Source: Eledone cirrhosa (lineage: Eukaryota). From it: a stretch of DNA of 64,000 nt. Under the pieces are notes generated by a model. The model searched no databases. It worked only from the letters and a program-made list of their open reading frames with translations, and was not told the origin of the DNA. Positions 1 through 13,814 of the stretch are shown one piece after another (within the stretch, counting starts at the first letter, position 1; every line of letters starts with the position of its first letter). The position numbers were made by a program, and so were the translations under genes. The DNA is taken from contig OZ024743.1 of NCBI GenBank assembly GCA_964016885.1, positions 117,304,001-117,368,000 on the forward strand. Direction: 5' to 3'.

Positions 1-159
1 AGAAGAATGCCCTGACAAATGGGGTCCTTCACTCTCAGTGGTTTAACAACGCGATCGGGTATCAATCCTGACTATTTCTATGTCCCCGCGCATATACATA
101 CATATGTACATGTGTATATACATATTTACACTTTTTTGGATGGCCGTTGATTCTTATGA

Positions 160-385
160 GTCCTAGCGCCTATACATATTCTCCTAGAATTCTGCCTTGA
201 CAAAGGCTAAGGGGTCATCTCTCCCGGTGATTTTCGATGGCCATTGACTCTTAAGAGCTCCTTTGCCGTTTGACAGGTTTTGTTTTTAGTCATGCAGGAT
301 GTCCAAAGTCACCCTGCTCACCAAGAAACCTTGGTGGGGTTGCCAGTTTAGTCGCCAACGACGCGACCATGAGACAGGTTGTACA
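160..385 (-). mobile_element. RTE-type LINE 5' UTR fragment (same family as 10486-10757)
   Basis: Reverse complement matches about 10522-10727 (acaacctg..catggtc..gtcgttggcgactaaactggcaacccc...ctaggagaa); adjoins a (TACA)n tract. Confidence 0.7.
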
Positions 386-1176
386 TACATACATACATAC
401 ATACATACATACATACATACATACATACATACATACATACACACATACACACATACATACATACATACATACATACATGATGATGATGGCTGCCCCCTCA
501 TTATCGAGTTAGGCCATTGCACGATATACCATTATTAATAATTATTAATTAATTCTATCGTGCAATGCCTGTGCGTGAAGATATCTTTTAAAGTGAGGAA
601 AGATTGTCATTCTCACTCCTTCCCGCAATTCCTATCTCTCTCACTTTCTCCCACATCTCTCTCCGTCCCTGTTTCTGCTAACACTCCATTTTAAATCGTC
701 TCGTTTTAAAAGTTCAATTATACTATTATCTAATTATATATTTGAATATTATTACCATAACGCAGCACAAAATAACAGAGGGTTTATAGAACGGTTAATG
801 CATCTGATGAAACGCATTGCAGTATCTCGTTACTGCCTTCTACACTATAGTTTCAAATACTGCCGATATAAACTTTGTCGTCTGTGATCGATAATATAAA
901 GTAAAGGCTCGTTATTATCGATCTTCCTCCCGCACAAGTGTTGGGAATCTTTGCCAAAATTAGAAACCGTTATTATAAGGTAGTATAACATCAGAGTTTC
1001 GGAAGAAATGTTTTGTGAAGTTCGATAAAATAATATACCAGTCAATTACTCAACTTGTATGCCATAAGATAACATTTGAAGTTAGACAAAATAATAATAT
1101 TTAAATGAAACACAAAAGGAAAGAAAGAAAGAGAATGAAGCAGCGAAGGAAAGAGAGAGAGGAAAGGGAGACTAAC

Positions 1177-1443
1177 TCTACACAGCAGTATAGGTGATGA
1201 TTCGGCTTTGCCCTGCAGACAGAATGGCGAAAGCGTCGCCACGGAGAATTTCCAGGGACGCTCGCTGTACAGCCTCCCCATCTTACGGAGCTCCTTCCTC
1301 AGGCGAGGTACTGTCTTTCCGATTTTGCAGATAAAATCACCAGTGCGGGTACCATGGACGCCAGAGGCTTCGTCGGCGACAGTTAGGAAAAGCAAGAGGT
1401 CGGACATATCTCGATATTTGTTTATATTTCTCTCCTCGTCCAT
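1177..1443 (-). CDS. Possible first coding exon of an unidentified host gene (MDEERNINKYRDMSDLLLFL...ILLCR)
   Basis: GC-richer non-repetitive open frame. On the minus strand an 81-bp intron-like segment lies upstream (GTAAGT at 1625, poly-T...CACAG ending 1545), with ATG at 1443 and a GTTAGT donor at 1176. No family recognised. Confidence 0.35.
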
Positions 1444-1710
1444 GTAGTCAATTATTTCCTCCACTCAAATCCATAGCATTGTGCCTATATAAGTCCAAGT
1501 ATAGAAATCACGGCCATACGTTCATGCGCTTAAGAGCCACGGATCTGTGCGCAACAGAAAAAAAATCTGAATGAGGGGAATAGAAGAACGTGAAATAAAG
1601 CGTGTTACTCAAGAACACAACTTACCGCTCGGAACAAAACACATTAGTTTGCGTTCCTGTGACGAACACACAATCCAATCTCTCAAGCGCCTTCACACAC
1701 ACATACACAC

Positions 1711-1761
<51 letters not shown>

Positions 1762-1924
1762 GCAGGGTGGGGGTGGGGCTGTGTACGTATGTATGTAATG
1801 TATGTTTGTTGATAGGTTTGTTTACACTTAACCAGCGCGAGTCCCATTTGATATCACATAAATTTGTCGGAAGTTTGTTCCCTGATAAAACAATACTGAT
1901 TCCTCACCATGATTGTTGTACTGC

Positions 1925-2245
1925 TCCGGATATCTTTCAGTGATCTGTCCAAGGTCTCCAATTCGTGTCTGTGCGCCATTGTGCATTCAACCTTCCGAAT
2001 TGCCATACATCTTGGCAATACTTGGACAACTCCTGAACCCTTCTTCATATGACACATAGACATTTCTTTGAAATTGAGATCCAAGTCCAATTCTAAAGCA
2101 GAATGTGCTCTCTGACCTCCAGGTAACAGTTTAGCGGCAATTCCAGATGAAGCAACTACTAAAACTATTTTTTGGTCTAATCAAATTTTAGACAACAATA
2201 GGTATACCAAGAATGTTTTTACCATTTCCACCCGGATATCCCCAC
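1925..2245 (-). pseudogene. Helitron Rep/helicase (PIF1-like) fragment
   Basis: Minus-strand frames give PGGNGKTFL (Walker A), VASSGIAAKLLPGGQRAHS and ECTMAHRHELETLDRSLKDI. Confidence 0.8.
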
Positions 2246-2247
2246 CC

Positions 2248-2332
<85 letters not shown>

Positions 2333-2384
2333 AGTCGATTGAAAGGTATGTCATATTTATTTATTTATAAGACTGTTTATATTG

Positions 2385-2450
2385 TATTTTGTCTGATGAA
2401 GGCATAACATATTGTTAATATGATATCCCTAAAATATATATAATGAAATA
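2385..2450 (+). ncRNA. Degenerate type-I hammerhead ribozyme (family A)
   Basis: tattttgt-CTGATGA-stem II-AAAA (GAAA mutated)-tatata-TA-atgaaata; same family as 40290-40354; within a 2330-2580 element between (TA)n tracts. Confidence 0.6.
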
Positions 2451-2578
2451 AATATGGTTTTATAAATATAGTTTCCATTTATTTAATATCATAAATATAC
2501 TCCAAATACTTGTTGAGTGCTTTTATATCAGTTATAAATATTTACTCGTTGTTAACCCAACAATTTAAATATAACTTT

Positions 2579-2628
<50 letters not shown>

Positions 2629-3519
2629 AATGAATAATAACAGGTAGACCTCATAAAAAGGTAGTTTATTCCGTGTGCTTACAAGTGTTTCCACCGTGGT
2701 GCTGCAGCCTGGTTCCGCTACGTGCAAATTCACAAGTATTTGCAGAACTCGAATATCCAATGCTGTGACCACTGTTTCCTCAGAGCAGAATGGTAAATAT
2801 ACAATGTAAAAACCCTTAAGTGGGGTTGTTGGGGAAGATAGAGTGGAACAGGAAGAGAGAAAAGTAGGGAAGAAGGAGAGAGAAGGAAAGATATGCAGGG
2901 GTTGGAGAAGTAGGAGAGAGTGGCTTGTAGATATCTTAATCAAAATGTTATGGTAGGGGTTTTATTAGTTACTTTTGGAGAGATGCGTAGATAGTTGAGG
3001 TCGGAATTATTTATTGCCCCAGAGGGCAGGTTCATAAATGTTGAGAGGGATGTAGGTCAAAGGTGAGAGAGAGAGAGAGTGTAATGGATGTAGAGAGAGA
3101 TATATAGGTAGAGAGGGGACAGATAAATATGTGTGGTGAGTGAACTTTTGGTTTTGTAGTAGTATTCTAGGAGTTGTACTGAGTTACCATGTATAGTGAT
3201 AAGCAGTGTATTGTCTTGTAGTGTGGGGGGAAGAGAAGGTTGTTAGCTAGAAAGTGGTGTTGTAGTTACGGGTTCGAATGCTAATAGTCAATCACTATAA
3301 ATATTACTTGAGAAGATCGGTTAAAGTATCTCTGTTGACAATCACCACTGTCCACGTTTTCCATCTCCAGGAATATTTTAACTAGTTTTCTAAAGTTATA
3401 CTTACTGTGATCAACCAATAATATAGTCATTTATGGGACTACTATACTACTTATGTGTGTGAGTGTGCATTACTGCGTCTGTGAGTGTGTGTGCGTATGT
3501 GTGTATGTGTATAACACGT

Positions 3520-3865
3520 AGTGGAGGTGCGTGGCTTAGTTAGATTACATCGTCAGATTCACAATCGGAAGGTTGTGATTTAGATTCAGACCAGACAGTG
3601 CGTTGTGACCTTAAGCAAGACAATATATTTCACGTTATTCCAGTTCACTCAGTTGTAAAAATGAGTTGCTATGTCAATGGTGGCAAGCTGTATCGGCCCT
3701 TTGTTTCGCTTGTACAGAATTGGTGGGTTAGAGAGGGAAGACCGGTATGCATAGGTGAGTGCTTGTCTCCAGTAAAACACCTTGACAAGACATATAGCTC
3801 ATAGGGAAAACATTCTAAGTGCAAATCCCATAGTCATTTGTGGCCGAAGGGGGTCTTCGCTCATC
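3520..3865 (+). mobile_element. Degenerate tRNA-derived SINE
   Basis: ggaggtgcgtggcttagt head with A-box-like motif and a cacgtt..tccagttcactcag body; related copy at 22087. Confidence 0.55.
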
Positions 3866-3882
3866 TTACATGTGTATGTACG

Positions 3883-3953
<71 letters not shown>

Positions 3954-4595
3954 GTGTGTGTGTGTGGGGGGGGTGTATGTATGTATGTATGAATTTATTT
4001 ATAAAACATTAAAACGTATATAAATGCATAAAATTTCATATTTTACGGGCCAATAAAGGGACTTCTATTCAGTTATTCGCTTCGTTGTAAATTGCAGCAA
4101 AATGTCCTCAAATCAAACGCTATCGTCATAAACAAAAATAATATCGTCCTAGATTTAAACCAAATCAACCCTACCTCCCCACAAAAACGCGGTTGGAATG
4201 CCTTTATTATAGAGTTGTTCTAGTAGGTCTGAACTGGAAGTAAACAATGGTTTTTAAATTTTCTGGAAGGAAAAACTCTAGTACACTAATCAAATACTTT
4301 TATTTATCGACCACGGAAGATTAATAGGTAGAAGTGATGTTGGTGGGATTTGAACTACCGATTCTGTTAAATAATAACATCAGCAACAGGAATAAAAGCA
4401 TGAAACCGAAGAGAATTTACCTTTCTTGGGATAAAATACAGACGGAAATAAAACACCTCTGCGAATTAAAACAATATTGACTCGACCCACCCTCTCCACA
4501 TGCACACACATCTAGATTGATAGATATATTGATTGATATGTCGAGACAACAAATCTACAGGGAGATACAGATATTCAAATCTACGTCTTTGTCTG

Positions 4596-4664
<69 letters not shown>

Positions 4665-4747
4665 CTGTTTATCTCGGGTTCAATCGGGGGTAACCACAGT
4701 AAGTAAGGTACTCAATACATAGCAGAGTATAAATATTTAATATAGAA

Positions 4748-4854
4748 ATGGCTTCTACAGGACTAGAACTGTTTCATTCGGGAGAAATCACAAGAAAACC
4801 ATGATGTTTTCTCCTTGTCTCAGAATGAAACAGATCTAGTCCTGTAGAAGCCAT
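4748..4854. repeat. Short inverted repeat next to (TA)n
   Basis: atggcttctacaggactagaactgtttcattc ... gaatgaaacagatctagtcctgtagaagccat. Confidence 0.85.
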
Positions 4855-5247
4855 ATATATATATATAGATATATGCATATCTCTTTCTCACTCTCTCTCT
4901 ATATATATATATATTATATATATATATATATTATATATATATATATATATTATATATGCATATATGTGTGTGTATATATATATTTGTGTTTGTGTCTCTG
5001 TAGTTCCTTGTGTAAGTTCTTAAGCAAATAGTTAAGATATATTTCCTTAATTCACTACGACAGGCAGGCGACCTTTGTGGACAACAGGTTTACTGTTTCA
5101 CTTACAGTCAACACATTAATCACCCTTAAAAAATAATTATTCAGACTCCCGTCACATATTTTACATCCTTTTCTTATTGATGTTCTTGTTTTAGATATTC
5201 TTCTTAATATTTTTCATTTATTTAAATGTGTGTGTGCGTATATATAT

Positions 5248-5282
<35 letters not shown>

Positions 5283-5285
<3 letters not shown>

Positions 5286-5492
5286 GGAACGAGTCGGACC
5301 CCGACGGCTGAGCTCAAGCCGTTTCGACGGCTAATTCAAGCCGTTTCGACGGCTAATTCCAGAATTAGCCGTCGAAACGGCTTGAGCTCAGCCGTCGGGG
5401 TCTACTCGTTCCTATTACCCACTCTACTACCCTAACTATTGAGTACTTTGTTGCGTTATGGTCCACCTGGTTCCTTACCAGAATTCCTTCGT
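5283..5492. mobile_element. Hairpin element, family F (other copies at about 26840 and 44820-45022)
   Basis: Palindrome centred on gacggctaattc-ca-gaattagccgtc, with an internal tandem duplication; tail ttacccactctactaccctaa..tattgagtac shared with the 44820 copy; flanked by (TA)n. Confidence 0.8.
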
Positions 5493-5516
5493 TATATATA
5501 TATATGTATATATATG

Positions 5517-5574
<58 letters not shown>

Positions 5575-8500
5575 TGAATGTGAGTCTGTGCGTGTATGAA
5601 TGTATGTATATAAAAGAAAACATCAACACGGAAAAAACAAAACAACTAGAGATTGCCGTGATTGTATATTAGTTGATATAGTTAGAAAAGAGACTTATAG
5701 TTCGGACGCTAGTCCTTTATGTATATATATATATATAGGTATGTATGTATGTATATATATGTTATCTCTTTCTCTTAATTTCGAGTATATTTTTTTTGAC
5801 CGGCCACCCTCCTGGTGGCAAGGTTGTAACAGAAAAGAAATTGTCATCCCTTGAATCGAGAGAATGTTTTGCAAATTTTGAAGGTGCCAGCTATCGCAGC
5901 CATTTGTAGACTATGAATTAGGGAGCTATATATGTATGTATATATGTATGTATGTATATATATATATATATCTATATATATATATATATATGTATATGTA
6001 TGTATATATGTATATATATAGAGAGAGAGAGTCAGAGAGATGGGCGAGCGTGTGCGTATGTTTGTTTTTATGCATTCACATACATCTACACCGATACATC
6101 TATATATGTATATATATAATTCATATATCTTATATTACACTCTCACATTGCTTCACTTAGTCGAATTTCATCGACAGTTGGTGAATGATACATGCTGTTT
6201 AAATGCTCCTTAATTTGTTTGATATAGGTTTCTATCATTCCTATATTTTTAATATTTCTGATGTGTTATCTTGGCTTCGGTCGTTACTTGCTTTTTTGAA
6301 GTTTGGACTTTGCTATAATAAGGAGACAGTCCACGTTGTAATATGAATTTGAGCATTTGGCAGATTTCAGATGTAATCTGTAAATTAGCAAAATGGTCTG
6401 ATCTATATAAGTGTCAAGTAAGAGTTCGGCAGACAGTTTTTACCGTTTGAGAATTATTTTATACTGGCAGAGTCATGAAAACGAAACTAAGTTTTCGTTA
6501 ATATCCCAAGATTTGAACTGTCTTCAGTTTAGGAAAATGCATCAAACCCTCCTCACAAGTGTGATTATTTGGACCAAATTTGATTCGATATTCAGCTTGA
6601 CTCAAATATAGGAGAAGTTCCACTATATAAAGACGGCTTTCTTGTTGAAAGCCAGGGATCAATTCCACATGATATGAGTAAAAGCAAGATCATAACTTTA
6701 TATAAGATAAGTTCGGATGGGACGAGGGTAGCTGTAATAAATACAGGGGAATGTTTTTATTTGATTTTATAGGAATTATATGTTTGTCTTCAATTAGATC
6801 GACTGCAAAATCTGGTCAAAATTACTACCGGAAAGCGAATATGATTCTCACACAATCAGCTTCAGGGACAGTATCAGGAAGAGAGGAAATATCTTCATAC
6901 AACGTTAACTAAAGCATTTTTATGGCGCTGTATAAATAGTGGTGTGATGCAACCGAAGGCTATTTTGTAGTTTCATGATTTCAACTCAAACCATTTTGAT
7001 ATCCAGAGTGGGTGTTGATTCTGAAATCGAAGACCTGGGTTAAATGCTGGCAACAGTCTAAATTACACTAAAGATACCCAAAATATAAGTAGCGACGTTA
7101 CATTAGGTGACGGAATAATTTAAGCATCCAAAAACTCAGAACCCAAACACTTCGAACTTATATCGTCCGAAACTTTAACTTTTCCACCAATCCACACTCT
7201 TTGACTAGTATTTTGTTTTATCCACCCTGAAAAGATAAAATCAAAGGGTATGTGGAACTTACATTGGTCAATGCATCGTTCTTTTATTTAAGAGCACAGG
7301 CTGCGATTCCAGAGAAGGTCAGAGGTAGAATACAATTAACTGACATGATAGTCAGTTCAAAACATTTGTTTCACAATCAGTTAATCGGACTTCCATCACA
7401 AAGCACGACATATATTTCGTTATTTGATGCATCTCTTGCTTGTTCAACACTCTGATTCCAGTTCTTCGTTCCAGGCTTAATATACTTGCATGTTCCTCCA
7501 CATTGGTCATATTGCACATTGGAAATGTTCATGTTATTTTTTATTTGTAAAATAAAAGTATTTCTTACACATCTCATATTGCCTTTCTCGTTCTTATTGT
7601 TGCATTGGTAAAATCAGTAGCGCAGCCAACACAATGTCTTGCAACAATTATTTACGGAATTTCCCATTCCGAGTTAAAAAACAGTCGAGTTTAACTTAAT
7701 CTTTATGTCACCGGGTTTAATGAATAACACTTCATTGAGTACGGTGGACAATTTAATCAGTTGTAATATTTTAAATACCAACGTTTGTCTACTTTCCGTT
7801 AGAAAAAATACATATGAACTTTGTTTTTCACCTTTGTTGATTGTTGATTGTTTACACGCGTTTCACTTCTGAGTACATATGACAAAAGTCATTCCCTACT
7901 ATTTTTCAGATGGTGGCATTCGGTATCAATGATTACACTGTCCAGTATACTCTATTTTTAAAGACTGTCTTTTAGCTGTTCAGCCATCCGACTGGGGCCA
8001 TGCTGGGGCACCGCTCTATATAGGAATACTTTCAAGCTGGTTTCGTTGCTATTCCTAGCTAGCCGATCGATGATGACTGTTCAGGTTTGTGGCTTTACTT
8101 GTTTGGCAGAAGATCAGCCATGATGGATCATGTTTATGATGAAAACGTTGCAGCTTTAAAAACCCCAATATTTTGTATGTAAATCAAAGGAGCTACATTG
8201 ACCAGTTTACTTTTCTTTATTTAAGATTGTAGCGTGGAATGTGATTGCTATTGTTAGCAGATGAAACAACCACGTAGCGACCACATCCTTGGGTTGTTTC
8301 TTCATCCTTTGATGACAATGGCGTTACTAATTGTTGACGCCAGACATCAGATTAATATGTCTGAGGTGGTGGCATTTATCATTATTTATTTCCTATTCCC
8401 AACGACACCACCACGACCAATAACAACTTGAACAATATAACAACAATAACAACATAAAGCAAAATATTTCCCCCCACTACAAACACACACATCATACACA

Positions 8501-9517
8501 TAGACAATAATATTGCCGTAAAAAGTTACCTCGAGTTATGGGTCCTGTCTAGTTATAGCCTCACTATTTATATATTTATGTATTTAGTTATATGGTCCTT
8601 CTCCCCCTCCCTTTGCAAGTCCCTCACTCATTCTCTCCCCATTCACTGTCTCTAGCAATATTTCGACAATCGTCCGTTGTTTCTTTCATAGTTCGCCCGA
8701 GCAACTGACATTAAAAACATACGTTAGTTACACTTGTCACATCTCCGAAACCCTTAAATAACAAACACGCACATACACTTTCGCGCCCGTACACACACAT
8801 ATACACTCTTCCTTTCATGCGCATTCTCTATTTTCTCACTGTATCTTCATTTCCTTTCTTTCTCCTCTTTATCTCACTTCTCCTAACTCTCTTTCTTTTT
8901 ATCACTCTGGCGTCTTGTCCCTGGATCTTATACCCTCACAATTTCTCTTTCCGTTTTCTTTATCACATTTTTTCTTTCTTTCCGTCCCACATGTTCGTTC
9001 GTTCTTTTCCCTTCATTCTCTTTCTCTCTCTCTCTATGTCACATAATTTCTCTTGCGTTCCTCTGCCTATTATCTCTCTACGTCTCCTCCCTCTCTCTCT
9101 TCTCACCATGTGCAAGCTTCTCCACACCTCCAGTACCCCACACTTACCCATCATACCCATCCGCTGCCTTTTCAGCAATTACTTCTCACCCACTTACATA
9201 GATCATACTTACTTTTCCTTTACCCAATTCGACTTTTCCCCTATCAGGTTACCTTTGCATTGGTATGTAAACAAAACATCGGCGATAATCTCCTACCATT
9301 TTAAGGAAGCAATGCCCAAATTGAGTGCTCAGGTTTAAAGGTCACAACTCCCAGGTGTCAACAAGTCTCCGACGGGTCTCGAACTTTGATCCTGAGTTTC
9401 AATAAAAACGAGCATTTAGAATTACGTTTCTGTTTCATTAATATGTCATCAGGTTCGCTATAAACAAGTGGTAAATCTATTAAAGGAACTCGCAGTTATC
9501 ATATTGGCCGGTGAGTG

Positions 9518-9616
<99 letters not shown>

Positions 9617-9972
9617 ATATATATAAAGCGTGTGTGTCTGTGTAAGTATTTGTGTATGCCTGTGTACGTGTGTGTGTGTTTTAACTAAGCCCATCCTCCA
9701 TCCACTTTATGGACAACGGATGTCCATTCATAGTTTCAAATTCCGTTCTTCTACAATTATTTTAAGGATCACTTCACTGGTTACAACTTAAGAGCTATTG
9801 GAGAACAGAATAGTAAAATTGGGTGGACAGCGTATGTTTTTTTAAACAGACTTTAGTCTTCCCTCATTCTCTATGCATATTCTCACTCACAATGTATGTA
9901 TGTATGTATGTATGTATGTATGTATGTATGTATGTATGTATGTATGTATGTATGTATGTATGTATGTATGTA

Positions 9973-10019
<47 letters not shown>

Positions 10020-10105
10020 GTAGGTAGGTAGGTAGGTAGGTAGGTAGGTAGGTACGTATGTATGTATGTATGTATGTATGTATGTATGTACGTATGTATG
10101 TATGT

Positions 10106-10480
10106 TCTTAACCAAGATGATGTTTACCAAAAAGAAGAACAATTCAACATCATTGGATACCATCATATGATACCATCAATGGGACTGGCTTTGTGCAGTG
10201 CCTTTGCTCACTATAAAAGCTTCACGGCACAGGCATTGCTTTATATCTGGAGACCTCTCTGCACTTGTCGTCACATGGTGCCATCTGCCCAGCACTATGT
10301 GTCAATAATTGTCACAAGTGTAGTGTTTGTACCAGAGTGTTCAAGTCGCTGGCTGGACTAAAAAGTCACACTCGTTCAGCGCATCGGTAGGGGTTCTCCT
10401 ACATGGATATAAAGTAGTAGCCGTACTCGAAAACGAGTTGGCAGCCACCATGTATGTATGTACGTATGTATATATGTATG
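10106..10480 (+). mobile_element. 5'-truncated, 5'-inverted copy of RTE-type element 3' end
   Basis: One frame reads HKCSVCTRVFKSLAGLKSHTRSAHR* (terminal C2H2 finger), followed by a 3' UTR and (TATG)n tail; first ~60 bp are inverted relative to 10758-10818. Confidence 0.7.
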
Positions 10481-10485
10481 TGTCA

Positions 10486-11105
10486 GGTCACTAGTTGGTG
10501 CTACTGGTAACATGTATCCCAGTACAACCTGTTTCATGGTCGGGTCGTTGGCGACTAAACTGGCAACCCCACCAAGTTTTCTTGGTGAGGAGGGTGACTT
10601 TGGACATCCTGCAGGACTAAAAACAAAACCTGTCAAAGGGCAAAGGAGCTCTTAAGAGTCAATGACCATCCAAAATCACCGGGAGTGGATGACCCCTTAG
10701 CCTTTGTCAAGGCAGAATTCTAGGAGAAGGAAAACTCTGATATAATACCTGCAACCCTGATGGTATCCAATGATGTTGACTTGTGCTTCTTTTTGGTAAA
10801 TATCATCTTGGTTAAGAGATTGGGACTGGCTTTGTGCAGTGCCTTTGCTCACTATAAAAGCTTCACGGCACAGGCATTGCTTTATATCTGGAGATCTCTC
10901 TGCACTTGTTGTCACATGGTACCATGGGCCCAGCACTATGTGTCAATAATTGTCACAAGTGTAGTGTTTGTACCAGAGTTTTCAAGTCGCTGGCTGGACT
11001 CAAAAGTCACACTCGTTCAGCGCATCGGTAGGGGTTCTCCTACATGTATATAAAGTAGTGGCCGTACTCGAAAACGAGTTGGCAGCCACCATATATGTAT
11101 GTATG
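10486..11105 (+). mobile_element. Short non-autonomous RTE derivative (5' UTR joined to 3' end)
   Basis: Contains the RTE-like 5' UTR motif ctaggagaaggaaaactctga, then the same zinc-finger 3' end and TATG tail. Confidence 0.65.
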
Positions 11106-11619
11106 CATGTGAAGACACAAACATTTACATTAGAATACATTTCAGTATGAAAACATATAGGAATTCTGGTAGGCTTAAGAACTACTGTTGAGGATATGAT
11201 CATATTAATAGTCAATGATGTTATTACTAGGACACCATAAGATCTAGTGAAGCTTGAAATATATATATGTGATAGCAATATTATTACTATCTTTTACTTC
11301 AAAATAAATAAGAAATGAATTTATAACCATTCTACTGCTGAATTATTATTATAAGGCAATAATAATATATATTCCTTTCATAAACGTAAAACGGACAGAC
11401 TAATGAAAAAGTTGGTTATCACGGTAAAGAATTCCCAGCCATCATTTAACAACACTGATGTGTGTGGTGGATTGCCAGGGCCGTTAGACCATCAGACAAA
11501 ATGTTTTGTAGCTTATAGCTACGACCTTTTACATTTAGAGTTTTACATTAGAGTTCAAGTACCACCAGGTCTCCTACCGGAGAGTTTTACCTGTAAAATC
11601 TGACCAGCAATTCTTTGCT

Positions 11620-12760
11620 GCTACATTCTAACCATATACCCATAGTATCGAACCAGTGGCTCCACAATTCGGAGAAATAGTGGCTCTACCTGGAGAGACT
11701 CTCTGATCTATGAGCTACGCAGTCTGTCGTGTAAGGTTACTCCGAAGACCCTTCGGGGGAATCCCATTTTGGCTCCTGGTATTATCGATCGTATTAGTTC
11801 GGTCATTACCCAACATTCATGATCATAGGTAAGGGTTGGCACAAATACCGGACTGAAGCTTGGCTTTCACACCTACCTCCTTTCTTCCGATGACCGAATA
11901 CTGAAGTTGGTGCATTACTGCACCAGCTCCAGCAATTCCTCCACTTGATTCACCTTCGAGATACTTGAACATCCCCACCTGGTTCAACAGAACTCCACTC
12001 ATATGTTGAGTATACAGCGCAGACATACTTGAGAGGAGGAATGTTTCGGTCATCGAAGAAATTTCATCCCCGACATGCAGCACTCGGCGGCAAACATATC
12101 GAGTTCGTATCGGATATCAACTTCTGACGAATTAAGTAATTGTTTCTACTTTAGGCACAAGGCCAGCAATTACCCAGTGCATTACTGGTACTTTATTTTA
12201 TCGACCCCGTAAGGATGAAAGGCAAAGTCAACCTCGGCGGGATTTGAACTCAGATTGTAAAGGGACGTAACTATGCTGGAAAGCATAGCGTCCGACTCTC
12301 TACCGATACTGCCAATCCACCATCCTGACGAATTAAGTAATACCATGTCGTCATCAAATTCCAACCGACTTATACTACATTAATTAGTCTTGAAACAACA
12401 TGGCTGCACATGTCAATCCTGTCTATTAACATTTTAAACATGAGAGGTGACAGCACGACACAAATATTAGGGCATTTGTATATAGACCTCAGGGCAATAA
12501 AAAGCTATCCATCAGTCCCATACTCCTACAGAGCCTTCCACAACATGTCCCGTAGAATGTAGTTATATGCTTTTTTGAGGTGTACGAAACAATCAGACAC
12601 CTTCTGGCAATGATCCTACGAATTTTCAAAGACCAGCCACAGTGTGAATATTTGGTCCGCTGTGCTGCGCCCGGGTCGCATACCACACTGTTCGACAGTT
12701 AGCTTGGACTCGACAATCTCCATGCATCTCTTTGCCAGACACCAAGCATATACTTTACCG
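11620..12760 (-). pseudogene. Degenerate RTE-clade reverse transcriptase fragment, interrupted by a SINE
   Basis: Minus frames: EQCGMRPGRSTADQIFTL, FVHLKKAYN..LWKAL, LNQVGMFKYL, VKAKL. Confidence 0.75.
12141..12324 (-). mobile_element. tRNA-derived SINE with 17-bp target-site duplication
   Basis: tggcagtatcggtag A box, gagttcaaatccc B box, core ctttcatccttacggggtcgataaaataaagtaccagt; TSD ctgacgaattaagtaat at 12124-12140 and 12325-12341. Confidence 0.9.
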
Positions 12761-13814
12761 CAGAGGATTATCAAATAGATCCATCGATGAAATCACTGCT
12801 AGATTATATGTAGCTTAGAGTCAGTCATATGTCATAATCTGAGACTTCAATGTACATATTGGCACTGACCACCTGACGTGGAAAGGAGTGATCGGAAGGA
12901 ACAGCAATCCAGATCTAAATTCGAATGCGATTATACGTCTAAATATACTGTGAAACTATACAGTCTATATTAACAAAAATTCTAATAGCTATTAAAATTG
13001 CACTAAGCCCGAAAAGAAAGACGGACCTTTGTAATCGATGACACGGAACGGTTAAATAAAGACGGATTTAGAATAGTAATACTTATATAACGTATCATAG
13101 GTAAATAGGAAATATGAGTAGTCTATCTTTACATAACAAACAAAAACACCCAGGAAAAATAATTTTCATTCTCTCAGCTTTTGTAGTTTTGTTCATTTGC
13201 TATGATTATATATTGTTGGACGGTTATTGATCGAATGATTAAGCTCACATTATTTATTCAAAATATTGGCTTTTGTTTACATCTGCTTATATCTGTTCAA
13301 CATACTTGCTACTGATAATGCTATTATCTATGCAGCGTTTTCGAAAAACAAAAATCGCTGATCATTTTAATATGATAGTTTGTCATTTCTTTGGAAAAGA
13401 GTATAGGAATGGAGTATGATTCACGGAGAAGGAGGAGTACAAATCTTTAAAAAAAATGTAGAATCCAGTGTGTAGAAAATATAGTATTCTTTGACAAACT
13501 TCCCCAGCAGTGCTTTTGTCATCAAAATGTATATATATATGTAATAGTCTCACGATATACATTTACATAATGTCTCGTTATATTTTAGATGTTGGAAAGA
13601 TTTAACTCAGTCATCTGATTATGGATATTGGTTTTTAATTTTTTCTTCTGAAGCTAACAAAATAGAAAAAGTTTTGTCAATAAAAGTATTACATAAAAAT
13701 ATGAATATTCGTACAATAAGTGTGACAGCATGGTCGTGATTGGAAAGCGTTTGATCATACGTCCGGAGTTAGACAACAATAATTTATATTAATCAACAAA
13801 GTAACTTTTTACGT

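Noticed and set aside
2755-2795. Minus-strand CTGAGGAAACAGTGGTC as a hammerhead
   Set aside because: No stem II and stem I does not pair properly; at most a deleted remnant
9415-9460. Minus-strand CTGATGA...GAAAC
   Set aside because: Stems I and III cannot be formed convincingly
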